Assembly (NCBI GenBank): GCA_051648945.1
Contig: JBOFGC010000414.1
Span: forward strand, 1 to 43,965
DNA: 43,965 nucleotides
Source: Bacilli bacterium
GTDB lineage: Bacteria > Bacillota > Bacilli > JBOFGC01
Reading direction: 5' to 3'
In this document: positions 1-7,962 of the stretch, piece by piece
Numbering within the stretch: position 1 is the first letter of the stretch
How the letters are laid out: every line of letters begins with the position of its first letter
Translations under genes and position numbers: made by a program
Notes under the pieces: model-generated
Seen by the model: only the letters and a program-made list of their open reading frames with translations
Told to the model about the DNA's origin: nothing
Database searches by the model: none

Positions 1-2
1 AA

Positions 3-782
3 ATGTCTATCAAACAACAACTGTTAGAAGCTGCTAAGACCATTAAGGGTACTGTACAGCTGGATAGCATTTTCGAATCTGCTGATCTATCTGCTGATAT
101 GAAAGTTAAGTTCCAGACAGTATTCGAAAGCGCGGTAAAAACTCAAGCGGTAGCTTTAGCCGAAACCCATATTTCAGAAATCGCTGAGAAATCAGAAGAG
201 ATGGTAGAATCTCGCGTGCAGGAAGAATTAACTGACCTGACCGAAACCCTTCACAAGTATCTTGACCACGTTGCTGGCAAGTGGCTGGAAGAAAACAAAG
301 AAGCTGTTTCTAACGGTATCAAAGTTGACATGTTCGAATCTCTGATGGTTGGCATGAAAGACTTGTTCGTTGAGCATAACGTAACTGTTCCCGAAGACGC
401 AGTTGATGTTGTTGCTGAACTGGAAGACGAAATCGCCGAATCTCGTGAAGAACTGAACGTTGCGATTAACGCGAAAGAAGCATTGATCAAAGAAATGAAC
501 ACAATGAAGCGCGACCACATGGTTGAGTCTGCAACTGCTGCATTGACCGAATCGCAAAAAGAAAAAGTCAAGTCTCTGATCGAAGGACTGGATTACGACG
601 AAGCATTTGACACTAAGTTATCTGCTATCGTTGAAATGACATCTAACGTTCAAGCGGCTGTAGTTGAGCCCACTACCCATGTCGAAGAGTCAATCACTCC
701 TAATTTCGAACAAGACGCTCCGGAAGTGATTGTCGAAGCGAAACAAGATACAGCTATGTCTGCATACCTGGCCGCTCTGTAA
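3..782 (+). CDS. 22: Prohead core scaffolding protein (T4 gp22 homologue)
   Basis: 259-aa acidic, helix-rich ORF. It aligns over its length with T4 gp22 as I recall it (LDSIFES, KWL.ENK, FVEHNV.VPE..VDVVAE, LTESQKEKV, KLSAIVEM). It lies directly upstream of the gp23 homologues, as in T4. Confidence 0.9.
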   Translation: MSIKQQLLEAAKTIKGTVQLDSIFESADLSADMKVKFQTVFESAVKTQAVALAETHISEIAEKSEEMVESRVQEELTDLTETLHKYLDHVAGKWLEENKEAVSNGIKVDMFESLMVGMKDLFVEHNVTVPEDAVDVVAELEDEIAESREELNVAINAKEALIKEMNTMKRDHMVESATAALTESQKEKVKSLIEGLDYDEAFDTKLSAIVEMTSNVQAAVVEPTTHVEESITPNFEQDAPEVIVEAKQDTAMSAYLAAL

Positions 783-802
783 TATAACGGGATTCTAATA
801 AA

Positions 803-2452
803 ATGAAGAATAAAGAAATTTTAAACAAGTGGAAGCCACTACTTGAGCACGAAAGCGCACCTGCCATCACTTCGATGAAGCGTCAAGACATCGTTTCCGC
901 TATTCTGGAAGCACAAGAGAAAGATATCGCACTGAACGCCGAAGGCGCTTATACCGATCCATTTGTTGTTTCTCAAATGAAGCATCTGGGCGGAGAGATG
1001 AACGAAGCTGTTGTTACTGGCGATCACAGCTACAATCCAACTCAAATTGCTCAGGGTGCTAACTCTGGTGCCGCTGTTGGTATCGGTCCTACCGTAATGG
1101 GTATGGTTAGACGTGCAATTCCTAACATGATCGCGTTTGATATCTGTGGTGTTCAGCCTATGACGGCACCAACGGGTCAAATCTTTACTCTGCGTGCTAT
1201 GTACGGAGAAGATCCACGCGCTCTGGAAGCGAGAGAAGCGTTCCATCCGTTAGCTGGTCCTAACGCTAGTTTCTCCGGTAAGACTGGTAAGCCTAAAGCG
1301 AACAACGCAGGAATCGATAACTGGGTTTCTATCTACGCAAACGGCGCTAATGTCGATGCTTCCGGTGATGCGAAGAAAATCTCTGCCGGTAAGATCAAGT
1401 TCTACAACTACGTAGACGGCAAGACTATTTACTTTATGAACGCGTCGGGTGCGGAAATCGATCTGTCTACACTTGCGGGAACTGTGAAAGACCCTACTGA
1501 AGCAGATGACGCTCTGATTAACGAGAAACTGGTTTCTGGTGATCTGGTAGAGATTTCAGAAGGCATGGCAACTAGCTACGCTGAATTGATGGAAGATTTC
1601 GATGGTTCTACTGGTAATCCATGGAACGAAATGTCTTTCCGCATCGACAAACAAACCGTCGAAGCTAAGTCTCGTCAACTGAAAGCACAGTACTCAATTG
1701 AACTGGCACAAGACCTGAAAGCTGTTCACGGCATCAACGCTGATAGCGAACTGTCTGGTATTCTGGCTACTGAAATCATGCTGGAAATCAACCGTGAAAT
1801 CCTGTTGTGGATTAACGCTACCGCTCAAGTTGGTAAAACTGGTTGGACTAATAATCACGGCGGTCAGCCTGGCGTATTCAACTTTGCAGATCCAATGGAC
1901 GTTCGTGGTGCTCGTTGGGCTGGTGAAAGTTATAAAGCTCTGATCATCCAGATTGACAAAGAAGCAAACGAAATTGCTCGTCAAACTGGTCGCGGCGCTG
2001 GTAACTTTATTGTTGCTTCTCGTAACTTAGTTGCAGCATTCGGTCACACTGACATGTTCATCTCTGCTGCTGCACAAGGCAAATCTACTGGTTTCGAAAC
2101 TGATACTAACCGTTCAGTATTCGCTGGTGTTCTGGCTGGCAAGTATCGCGTTTATATTGACCAATACGCTAAAGAAGATTACTTCACTGTTGGTTATAAG
2201 GGTGCTTCTGAAATGGACGCGGGTATTTACTACTCTCCGTACGTTGCGTTAACTCCTCTACGTGGTGCTGATCCGAAGAACTTCCAACCAGTATTAGGAT
2301 TTAAGACCCGTTATGCAATTGGGATCAATCCATTAGCCGATTCTTCTAAGAACAAAGGCTGGGGTTCTACCCAAATTTATAACGGTATGCCAACTCCAGA
2401 AATGTTCGGCAAGAACTGCTACTTCCGTCGTGTGTATGTTAAAGGTCTGTAA
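803..2452 (+). CDS. 23: Major capsid protein, gp23 paralogue 1
   Basis: 549 aa with strong end-to-end similarity to T4 gp23 (LNKWKPLLE, GDH.Y, GPTVMGMVRRAIPN.IAFDICGVQPM, NPWNEM.FRIDKQ..EAKSRQLKA.YSIELAQDL, RGARWAGES, YRVYIDQYAK.DYFTVGYKG, YFRRVYVKG). SD is GGGATTCTAATAAA-ATG. Confidence 0.95.
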   Translation: MKNKEILNKWKPLLEHESAPAITSMKRQDIVSAILEAQEKDIALNAEGAYTDPFVVSQMKHLGGEMNEAVVTGDHSYNPTQIAQGANSGAAVGIGPTVMGMVRRAIPNMIAFDICGVQPMTAPTGQIFTLRAMYGEDPRALEAREAFHPLAGPNASFSGKTGKPKANNAGIDNWVSIYANGANVDASGDAKKISAGKIKFYNYVDGKTIYFMNASGAEIDLSTLAGTVKDPTEADDALINEKLVSGDLVEISEGMATSYAELMEDFDGSTGNPWNEMSFRIDKQTVEAKSRQLKAQYSIELAQDLKAVHGINADSELSGILATEIMLEINREILLWINATAQVGKTGWTNNHGGQPGVFNFADPMDVRGARWAGESYKALIIQIDKEANEIARQTGRGAGNFIVASRNLVAAFGHTDMFISAAAQGKSTGFETDTNRSVFAGVLAGKYRVYIDQYAKEDYFTVGYKGASEMDAGIYYSPYVALTPLRGADPKNFQPVLGFKTRYAIGINPLADSSKNKGWGSTQIYNGMPTPEMFGKNCYFRRVYVKGL

Positions 2453-2458
2453 TCTATA

Positions 2459-2480
2459 GGGGTCGAAAGACCCCGTTTTT
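2459..2480 (+). terminator. Rho-independent terminator after gp23 copy 1
   Basis: GGGGTC-GAAA-GACCCC hairpin followed by GTTTTT, 7 nt after the stop codon. Confidence 0.8.
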
Positions 2481-2484
2481 CTCA

Positions 2485-2492
2485 CATAAATA
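2485..2492 (+). promoter_or_regulatory. Late-promoter-like box CATAAATA upstream of gp23 copy 2
   Basis: 7/8 match to the T4 late promoter TATAAATA, located 41 nt upstream of the ATG at 2533. It is followed by a CATAGATTA element that is also found upstream of copy 3. Confidence 0.35.
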
Positions 2493-2532
2493 CAACATAG
2501 ATTACACAGATTTTTAATTATAGGATTCTAAA

Positions 2533-4128
2533 ATGAAGAATAACGAAATTTTAAACAAGTGGACTCCGGTAATGGAACACGAAAGCGTTCCTGCAATTAC
2601 CAATTCACGTAAAGACATCGTTGCCGCTATTCTGGAAAGTCAAGCACGCGATATCGCTGCTGACCCGGATGGCATTTATACCGATGCATTCATCGTTTCT
2701 CAACTGAAACACGTTGGCGGTGAAATGAACGAAGCTGTTGTTACTGGCGATCATAGTTATACTCCAGATAACATTGCGGCTGGCAAGAATTCAGGTGCCG
2801 CTGTTGGTATCGGTCCTACCGTAATGGGTATGGTTAGACGTGCAATTCCTAACCTGATTGCCATGGACGTGTGTGGTGTTCAGCCTATGTCTCAGCCTAC
2901 TGGCCAAGTGTTCTCACTGCGTGCTCTGTACGGCGGCGACTTTAAATCCGCTGATGCGAAAGAAGCTTTCCATCCGATGATGAATCCTGATGCAGGTTTC
3001 TCTGGCGCACAACACGATTACTCTAAAAATCCTGCTGCGGCTTTCAAGAAGTATACGAAGGATACAGCAGTTGCGGTAAACGAAGTTGTTTATTTCGAAT
3101 ATGCAACCGGCGATAAAGTTTATTTACAAAACGTATCTACCGCTGCTTGGACTCCTGTCGCGGACGTGAATGGTGCAACTCCAACTCAAGATATCGAAGT
3201 TCTGTCTAAGATCGCTGATAGCACTTTAGTTGAAATCGCAGAAGGCATGGCAACTAGCTACGCTGAATTGTGTCAAAATTTCAACGGTTCACAAGATAAC
3301 CCTTGGAACGAAATGTCTTTCCGTATTGATAAGCAAACAGTTGAAGCGAAATCGCGTCAACTGAAAGCGCAATACTCAATCGAAATGGCGCAAGATTTGA
3401 GAGCTGTTCATGGTCTGAGTGTAGATGGCGAGTTATCGGCTATCCTAGCACAAGAAATTGTACAAGAAATCAACCGCGAAATCATCCTTTGGATCAACGC
3501 TACAGCTCAAATCGGCAAAACCGGTTGGACTAACAAAGCTGGCGGTAAAGCTGGTGTGTTCGATTTCGATGACGCTAACGATGTTCGTGGTGCTCGTTGG
3601 GCCGGCGAAAGTTATAAAGCCCTAATCGTTCAAATTGACAAAGAAGCAAATGAAATTGCTCGTCAGACCGGACGTGGTGCAGGTAACTTCATCATCGCTT
3701 CTCGTAACTTAGTTGCTGCTCTTGGACATACTGATATGTTCGTTTCTGTAGCTCAACAAGGCAAGTCAACCGGGTTCGAAACTGATACTAACCGTTCAGT
3801 GTTCGCAGGTGTGTTAGCCGGTAAGTATCGCGTGTATATCGATCAGTATGCTAAAGAAGATTATTTCACTTTAGGATACAAAGGCGCAAGCGAAATGGAT
3901 GCGGGTATTTACTACTCTCCATACGTTGCTATGACTCCTTTCCGCGGAACTCTGCCTAACAACTTCCAGCCTGTTATGGGCTTCAAGACCCGTTATGCAA
4001 TTGGCATCAATCCATTAGCTGACTCTGCGAAGCACAAAGGCTTCCAGCAGATCAACAACGGCATGCCAACTCCAGAAATGTTTGGCAAGAACTGCTACTT
4101 CCGTCGCGTGTATGTTAAAGGTCTGTAA
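2533..4128 (+). CDS. 23: Major capsid protein, gp23 paralogue 2
   Basis: 531 aa carrying the same gp23 motifs as copy 1. SD is AGGATTCTAAA-ATG. The central ~100 aa differ from copies 1 and 3. Confidence 0.95.
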   Translation: MKNNEILNKWTPVMEHESVPAITNSRKDIVAAILESQARDIAADPDGIYTDAFIVSQLKHVGGEMNEAVVTGDHSYTPDNIAAGKNSGAAVGIGPTVMGMVRRAIPNLIAMDVCGVQPMSQPTGQVFSLRALYGGDFKSADAKEAFHPMMNPDAGFSGAQHDYSKNPAAAFKKYTKDTAVAVNEVVYFEYATGDKVYLQNVSTAAWTPVADVNGATPTQDIEVLSKIADSTLVEIAEGMATSYAELCQNFNGSQDNPWNEMSFRIDKQTVEAKSRQLKAQYSIEMAQDLRAVHGLSVDGELSAILAQEIVQEINREIILWINATAQIGKTGWTNKAGGKAGVFDFDDANDVRGARWAGESYKALIVQIDKEANEIARQTGRGAGNFIIASRNLVAALGHTDMFVSVAQQGKSTGFETDTNRSVFAGVLAGKYRVYIDQYAKEDYFTLGYKGASEMDAGIYYSPYVAMTPFRGTLPNNFQPVMGFKTRYAIGINPLADSAKHKGFQQINNGMPTPEMFGKNCYFRRVYVKGL

Positions 4129-4137
4129 TTGACTTTC

Positions 4138-4155
4138 GAGGGCCGAAAGGCCCTC
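4138..4155 (+). terminator. GC hairpin after gp23 copy 2 (weak terminator, no U-tract)
   Basis: GAGGGCC-GAAA-GGCCCTC hairpin followed by TAAATAAAG rather than a T-run. Confidence 0.5.
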
Positions 4156-4162
4156 TAAATAA
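4155..4162 (+). promoter_or_regulatory. Late-promoter-like box CTAAATAA upstream of gp23 copy 3
   Basis: TAAATA core followed by the CATAGATTA element, 32 nt upstream of the ATG at 4194. This call is weaker than for the exact TATAAATA boxes elsewhere in the window. Confidence 0.3.
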
Positions 4163-4193
4163 AGCATAGATTATAGCCTAACAGGAATTTAAA

Positions 4194-5822
4194 ATGAATC
4201 AAAAGACCGAAATTCAAAATAAGTGGAAACCTCTGGTTGAAGCTGAAGGACTTCCAGAAATCGTAAGCGCCAGTAACAAAGATATCGTTGCTGCTATTCT
4301 AGAAAACCAAGATCGTGATATTCGCGAAAACGCTGTTTATCGTGACGAGTTTATCAGTGAGCAACTGACCGCGTTAGGTGAAGCTGTTGTTACTGGTGAC
4401 CACGGTTATGCTCCTACTGATATCGCGGCTGGTAAAAACTCCGGTGCGGCCGTTGGTGTAGGTCCTACCGTAATGGGCATGGTACGTCGTGCTATTCCTA
4501 ATATGATCGCATTCGACATTTGTGGCGTTCAGCCTATGGCTGCTCCTACTGGTCAAATCTTCAGTCTGCGTGCTATGTACGGTGCAAACCCTACAGATGC
4601 TAACGCTATGGAAGCATTTCATCCGATTGCTGGTCCTAACGTTAGTTGGTCTGGTGATACAGGTTCAGTGAAAGCTGGCGGCATCACAGGTCGCAACTTA
4701 TATGTTGCTGTTGGTGCAGATGGCACAAACGCAGGTACCACAGGTACCGCTGGTAAAGTTGCTGTTGGAAAGACAAAATTCTATCGTTTTGTTAACGGAC
4801 AGATCGTTTACCTGATGAACGCAGGAACCGCTGAGGTTGATCTTTCTGCTACGATCGCCGACGAGAACTCAACTGATGCAACTGATACGGCAATCCGTAC
4901 AGCAATTAGCTCAGGTACTCTTGTTGAGATTTCACAAGGTATGGCTACCAGTTATGCTGAACTGATGCAGGATTTCAACGGTTCTACTGGTAATCCATGG
5001 AACGAAATGTCTTTCCGTATCGACAAGCAAACTGTTGAAGCGAAATCACGTCAACTGAAAGCTCAATATTCTATTGAACTGGCACAAGACCTGATGGCCG
5101 TTCATGGTATCAGTGCTGACTCTGAACTGTCTAAAGTTCTGGCTACTGAAATCATGCTGGAAATCAACCGCGAAATCGTGTTATGGATCAATGCTACTGC
5201 TCAGGTAGGTAAGCGTGGATGGACCAACTTACACGGTGGACAACAAGGCGTGTTCAACTTTGCTGACCCTAATGATGTGCGCGGCGCTCGTTGGTCAGGC
5301 GAAAGTTACAAAGCGTTAATCATCCAGATTGATAAAGAAGCAAACGAAATTGCTCGTCAAACTGGTCGTGGTGCAGGTAACTTCATCATCGCTTCTCGTA
5401 ACTTAGTTGCTGCTCTTGGTCACACTGATATGATGGTTGGACCTGCTGCTATGGGTACCATCACCGGTATGAATACCAACACAAACAACTCAGTATTCGC
5501 TGGTGTGTTAGCTGGTAAGTATCGTGTTTATATCGACCAGTACGCTAAAGAAGATTACTTCACTGTTGGATACAAAGGTACATCTCAGATGGATGCCGGT
5601 ATCTACTACAGTCCATATGTGGCATTAACACCACTACGTGGATCTGATCCGAAGAACTTCCAGCCTGTTATGGGCTTCAAGACTCGTTATGCTATCGGCG
5701 TTAACCCATTAGCTAACGCATCGAAAACTAAAGGCTTTACGCAAATCAACAACGGTATGCCTGTTCCTGAAATGATGGGGAACAACTGCTACTTCCGTCG
5801 TGTATACGTTAAAGGTCTATAA
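4194..5822 (+). CDS. 23: Major capsid protein, gp23 paralogue 3
   Basis: 542 aa with the gp23 motifs, and closest of the three to the T4 N-terminus (NKWKPL.E.EGLPEI). SD is AGGAATTTAAA-ATG. Confidence 0.95.
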   Translation: MNQKTEIQNKWKPLVEAEGLPEIVSASNKDIVAAILENQDRDIRENAVYRDEFISEQLTALGEAVVTGDHGYAPTDIAAGKNSGAAVGVGPTVMGMVRRAIPNMIAFDICGVQPMAAPTGQIFSLRAMYGANPTDANAMEAFHPIAGPNVSWSGDTGSVKAGGITGRNLYVAVGADGTNAGTTGTAGKVAVGKTKFYRFVNGQIVYLMNAGTAEVDLSATIADENSTDATDTAIRTAISSGTLVEISQGMATSYAELMQDFNGSTGNPWNEMSFRIDKQTVEAKSRQLKAQYSIELAQDLMAVHGISADSELSKVLATEIMLEINREIVLWINATAQVGKRGWTNLHGGQQGVFNFADPNDVRGARWSGESYKALIIQIDKEANEIARQTGRGAGNFIIASRNLVAALGHTDMMVGPAAMGTITGMNTNTNNSVFAGVLAGKYRVYIDQYAKEDYFTVGYKGTSQMDAGIYYSPYVALTPLRGSDPKNFQPVMGFKTRYAIGVNPLANASKTKGFTQINNGMPVPEMMGNNCYFRRVYVKGL

Positions 5823-5830
5823 TGACACAA

Positions 5831-5850
5831 GGGGCCGAAAGGCCCCTTTT
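5831..5850 (+). terminator. Rho-independent terminator after gp23 copy 3
   Basis: GGGGCC-GAAA-GGCCCC hairpin followed by TTTT. Confidence 0.8.
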
Positions 5851-5891
5851 CACTAAATACAATAAAGAAACAATATTTGAGGCAACGGATT

Positions 5892-6224
5892 ATGCAGCAA
5901 ATTATTAAAGATGCCAAGTGTGATCCTGCAACTGGTAAATCTATTATCCTATCATACACTGTTAATAGCAGAAAGACAAGGACGACTTCCATTCAAATGG
6001 TCTCAACAGCAGACCAATCCGGAGTCGACACTCATTGCATTGGGTGGCTACAAGGCTCAAACGACAACATCAACTGGTTTAATATCGCAAAATTAGAAAC
6101 ACAAGGTCAGGATATCCAATACGACGGCGGACCCTTCGAAGCGTTGTGGGAATCTATGATATTTCGACTAGAGCAAACCGAAAATGCAACAGTCGATGTA
6201 TTCATTACACAAAGGGAAGCATAA
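5892..6224 (+). CDS. Small conserved protein, paralogue A, partner of a collagen-like fibre; function unknown
   Basis: 110 aa when started at the ATG at 5892 (GAGG SD 9 nt upstream; the ORF track uses a TTG at 5877). It is clearly paralogous to 9964-10296 (..R.TS.QMV......D......Q.SN....WFN.A.LET.G...Q.DGGP.EALWE). Its stop lies 3 nt before the next ATG. Confidence 0.75.
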   Translation: MQQIIKDAKCDPATGKSIILSYTVNSRKTRTTSIQMVSTADQSGVDTHCIGWLQGSNDNINWFNIAKLETQGQDIQYDGGPFEALWESMIFRLEQTENATVDVFITQREA

Positions 6225-6227
6225 TAA

Positions 6228-7946
6228 ATGGAACTTAATTACGATGCTATTATTGCTCCTATGAGAGGAGATGGCGGAACACCTATCGGTCAAGGTCCAA
6301 AGGGAGATCAGGGACCCGCTGGCCCTATGGGTCCACAAGGCCCTAAAGGAGACCCAGGCGGCGGAGGTGGCGCTCAGGGACCAAAGGGAGACAAAGGCGA
6401 TAAAGGCGACACTGGAGATCAAGGTCCAATTGGACCAGTGGGCCCACAAGGTTCTAGGGGAGATACAGGCGCAATAGGGCCAATTGGACCACAAGGTCCA
6501 ATTGGAACTAACGGACCCGCTGGACCAAAAGGCGACAACGGAAACGACGGAGTTGACGGTATACAGGGTCCGAAGGGCGACACTGGAGATCAAGGTCCAA
6601 AAGGCGATAAGGGTGACACCGGAGATCGAGGTCCTAAGGGTGAGTTAGGTGATGCTGGGCCACAAGGACCCGATGCAACTATCGTTACTTTCAATCAATC
6701 TGGACAGATTAAAGAATCGTTTACTAATATCTCTGTTTTCAAATTTGAAAACGACATTCAAGATATAACGTTTGACCCAAATGATCAAAAGACCGTTCGA
6801 ATTCCATTGGGTATCCCTGTTGTTAGTGGAGTCGGTTCTACTCCTGACGAAATAAAAGCCAAACTAGATCAAACTTATTCTCCGTCTGATAGTCTTGGTA
6901 AAATTGCATACATCGCAACTGCTCAAGTACAAGAATGGTGGGCGTGCGATGGAGAGTGGAAGGGATTAGGAAAGATCACCGATTTATCTAAGTATGAAGC
7001 TCTTTATAAGCGTTTCCCGAATGACATCAATAATAACAAACCGTCAACTAATGACTATCTAGATGCTTCTAGTGAAAAGAGTCTAGGAACATATGTGATG
7101 CTTATTAATGCAACTGCCGAGCACACTCCGGTTAAGCAAAAGGCATACGTTCTACATTCTATCGGAAGTGGTTCTATTAAGTTTGGCTCACAGACGCTAT
7201 TCTGTCCAGAAGACGAAAAGACATATATTCGCCATTGGTGGAAAGATAACAATAAATGGTCCGATTGGGAAGAGATTCAAACTCAGTACAGCTCTTCATC
7301 TGGATATGCTACGTTTCCTATGGAGTATCAAGATACTCATTACAAAGAGTTGACCAACACTTTAGCAAACGAATCTGGAATCTTTAAAGCTTATTCTGAT
7401 AAAGTTGGATTGCCTGTTGGGGATAACGGATCGCTGATTGTGATGCGGCTGCACGATGGGGAAGAACATCAGACGTACATAACTGATAATAGGTTGTATC
7501 ATCGTGTTACTAGCCCATTAAATCCAACAAATTGGAATACTGTAGGTAGTGGAGGCGGATCTAGCAACGTTGAAAGCATTTTGGATCTCAGAGACACCCC
7601 GACTGCATTCGGAGAAACTGGTAGTTATCTCAGAGTCGATGATACACAGACCGAGATGATCTGGCATAAGCCTGCTGTGTCTAGTGCAGTATATAGCACA
7701 AATAATAACTCGGAAGACTGCGTAAGTTCTGATGCTTCAAAAGGAATTTCCGGTACATTCAGAGCGGTTCCGACTTCTATAGGGACTATGCCATCTCAGT
7801 TCACGGAAGATGGCATTATGCATATAATCTGCACGCAAGATTTAGAGATGCAACACTTCATCAACGAACAAGGATCTTGTTTCAGAAAAATAACGAACGG
7901 AATACCGACTCCTTGGTCTGCGGTTGGACTTCCGTTCGTGATCTGA
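6228..7946 (+). CDS. Collagen-like repeat fibre protein (572 aa)
   Basis: About 136 aa of uninterrupted G-X-Y triplets (aa ~14-150) followed by a ~420-aa globular region. The C-terminal region shares motifs with the 1288-aa protein (WWACDGEW / WFACDGEEW; NKWSDW / SKWNDW). Confidence 0.85.
   Translation: MELNYDAIIAPMRGDGGTPIGQGPKGDQGPAGPMGPQGPKGDPGGGGGAQGPKGDKGDKGDTGDQGPIGPVGPQGSRGDTGAIGPIGPQGPIGTNGPAGPKGDNGNDGVDGIQGPKGDTGDQGPKGDKGDTGDRGPKGELGDAGPQGPDATIVTFNQSGQIKESFTNISVFKFENDIQDITFDPNDQKTVRIPLGIPVVSGVGSTPDEIKAKLDQTYSPSDSLGKIAYIATAQVQEWWACDGEWKGLGKITDLSKYEALYKRFPNDINNNKPSTNDYLDASSEKSLGTYVMLINATAEHTPVKQKAYVLHSIGSGSIKFGSQTLFCPEDEKTYIRHWWKDNNKWSDWEEIQTQYSSSSGYATFPMEYQDTHYKELTNTLANESGIFKAYSDKVGLPVGDNGSLIVMRLHDGEEHQTYITDNRLYHRVTSPLNPTNWNTVGSGGGSSNVESILDLRDTPTAFGETGSYLRVDDTQTEMIWHKPAVSSAVYSTNNNSEDCVSSDASKGISGTFRAVPTSIGTMPSQFTEDGIMHIICTQDLEMQHFINEQGSCFRKITNGIPTPWSAVGLPFVI
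6267..6675 (+). repeat. G-X-Y (collagen) triplet-repeat coding tract
   Basis: Continuous GXY periodicity. It contains a perfect 25-bp direct repeat, GGCGACACTGGAGATCAAGGTCCAA, at 6405-6429 and 6585-6609, spaced 180 nt apart and in frame. Confidence 0.9.
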
Positions 7947-7962
7947 AATATTAAGTTACGGA

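Noticed and set aside
803-5822. The possibility that the three gp23 copies are an assembly artefact or that two of them are pseudogenes
   Set aside because: The copies differ throughout at synonymous sites and have length-variable central blocks and distinct flanks. All three frames are intact, with SDs and conserved processing motifs. Long-read confirmation is still suggested under the findings.
228-5992. Antisense and alternative-frame ORFs inside gp22 and the gp23 copies (228-557, 251-571, 839-1246, 1694-1984, 2031-2252, 4374-4622, 5789-5992)
   Set aside because: They lie entirely within strongly supported, highly conserved structural genes. They have no translation signals and low-complexity or odd composition.
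6168-6593. 141-aa minus-strand ORF (Ser/Trp/Leu-rich) opposite the collagen tract, plus the plus-strand 68-aa ORF at 6271-6477
   Set aside because: These are frame artefacts of the G-X-Y triplet repeat, because the reverse complement and shifted frames of GGN-NNN-NNN stay open. They have no SD and overlap a well-supported gene.
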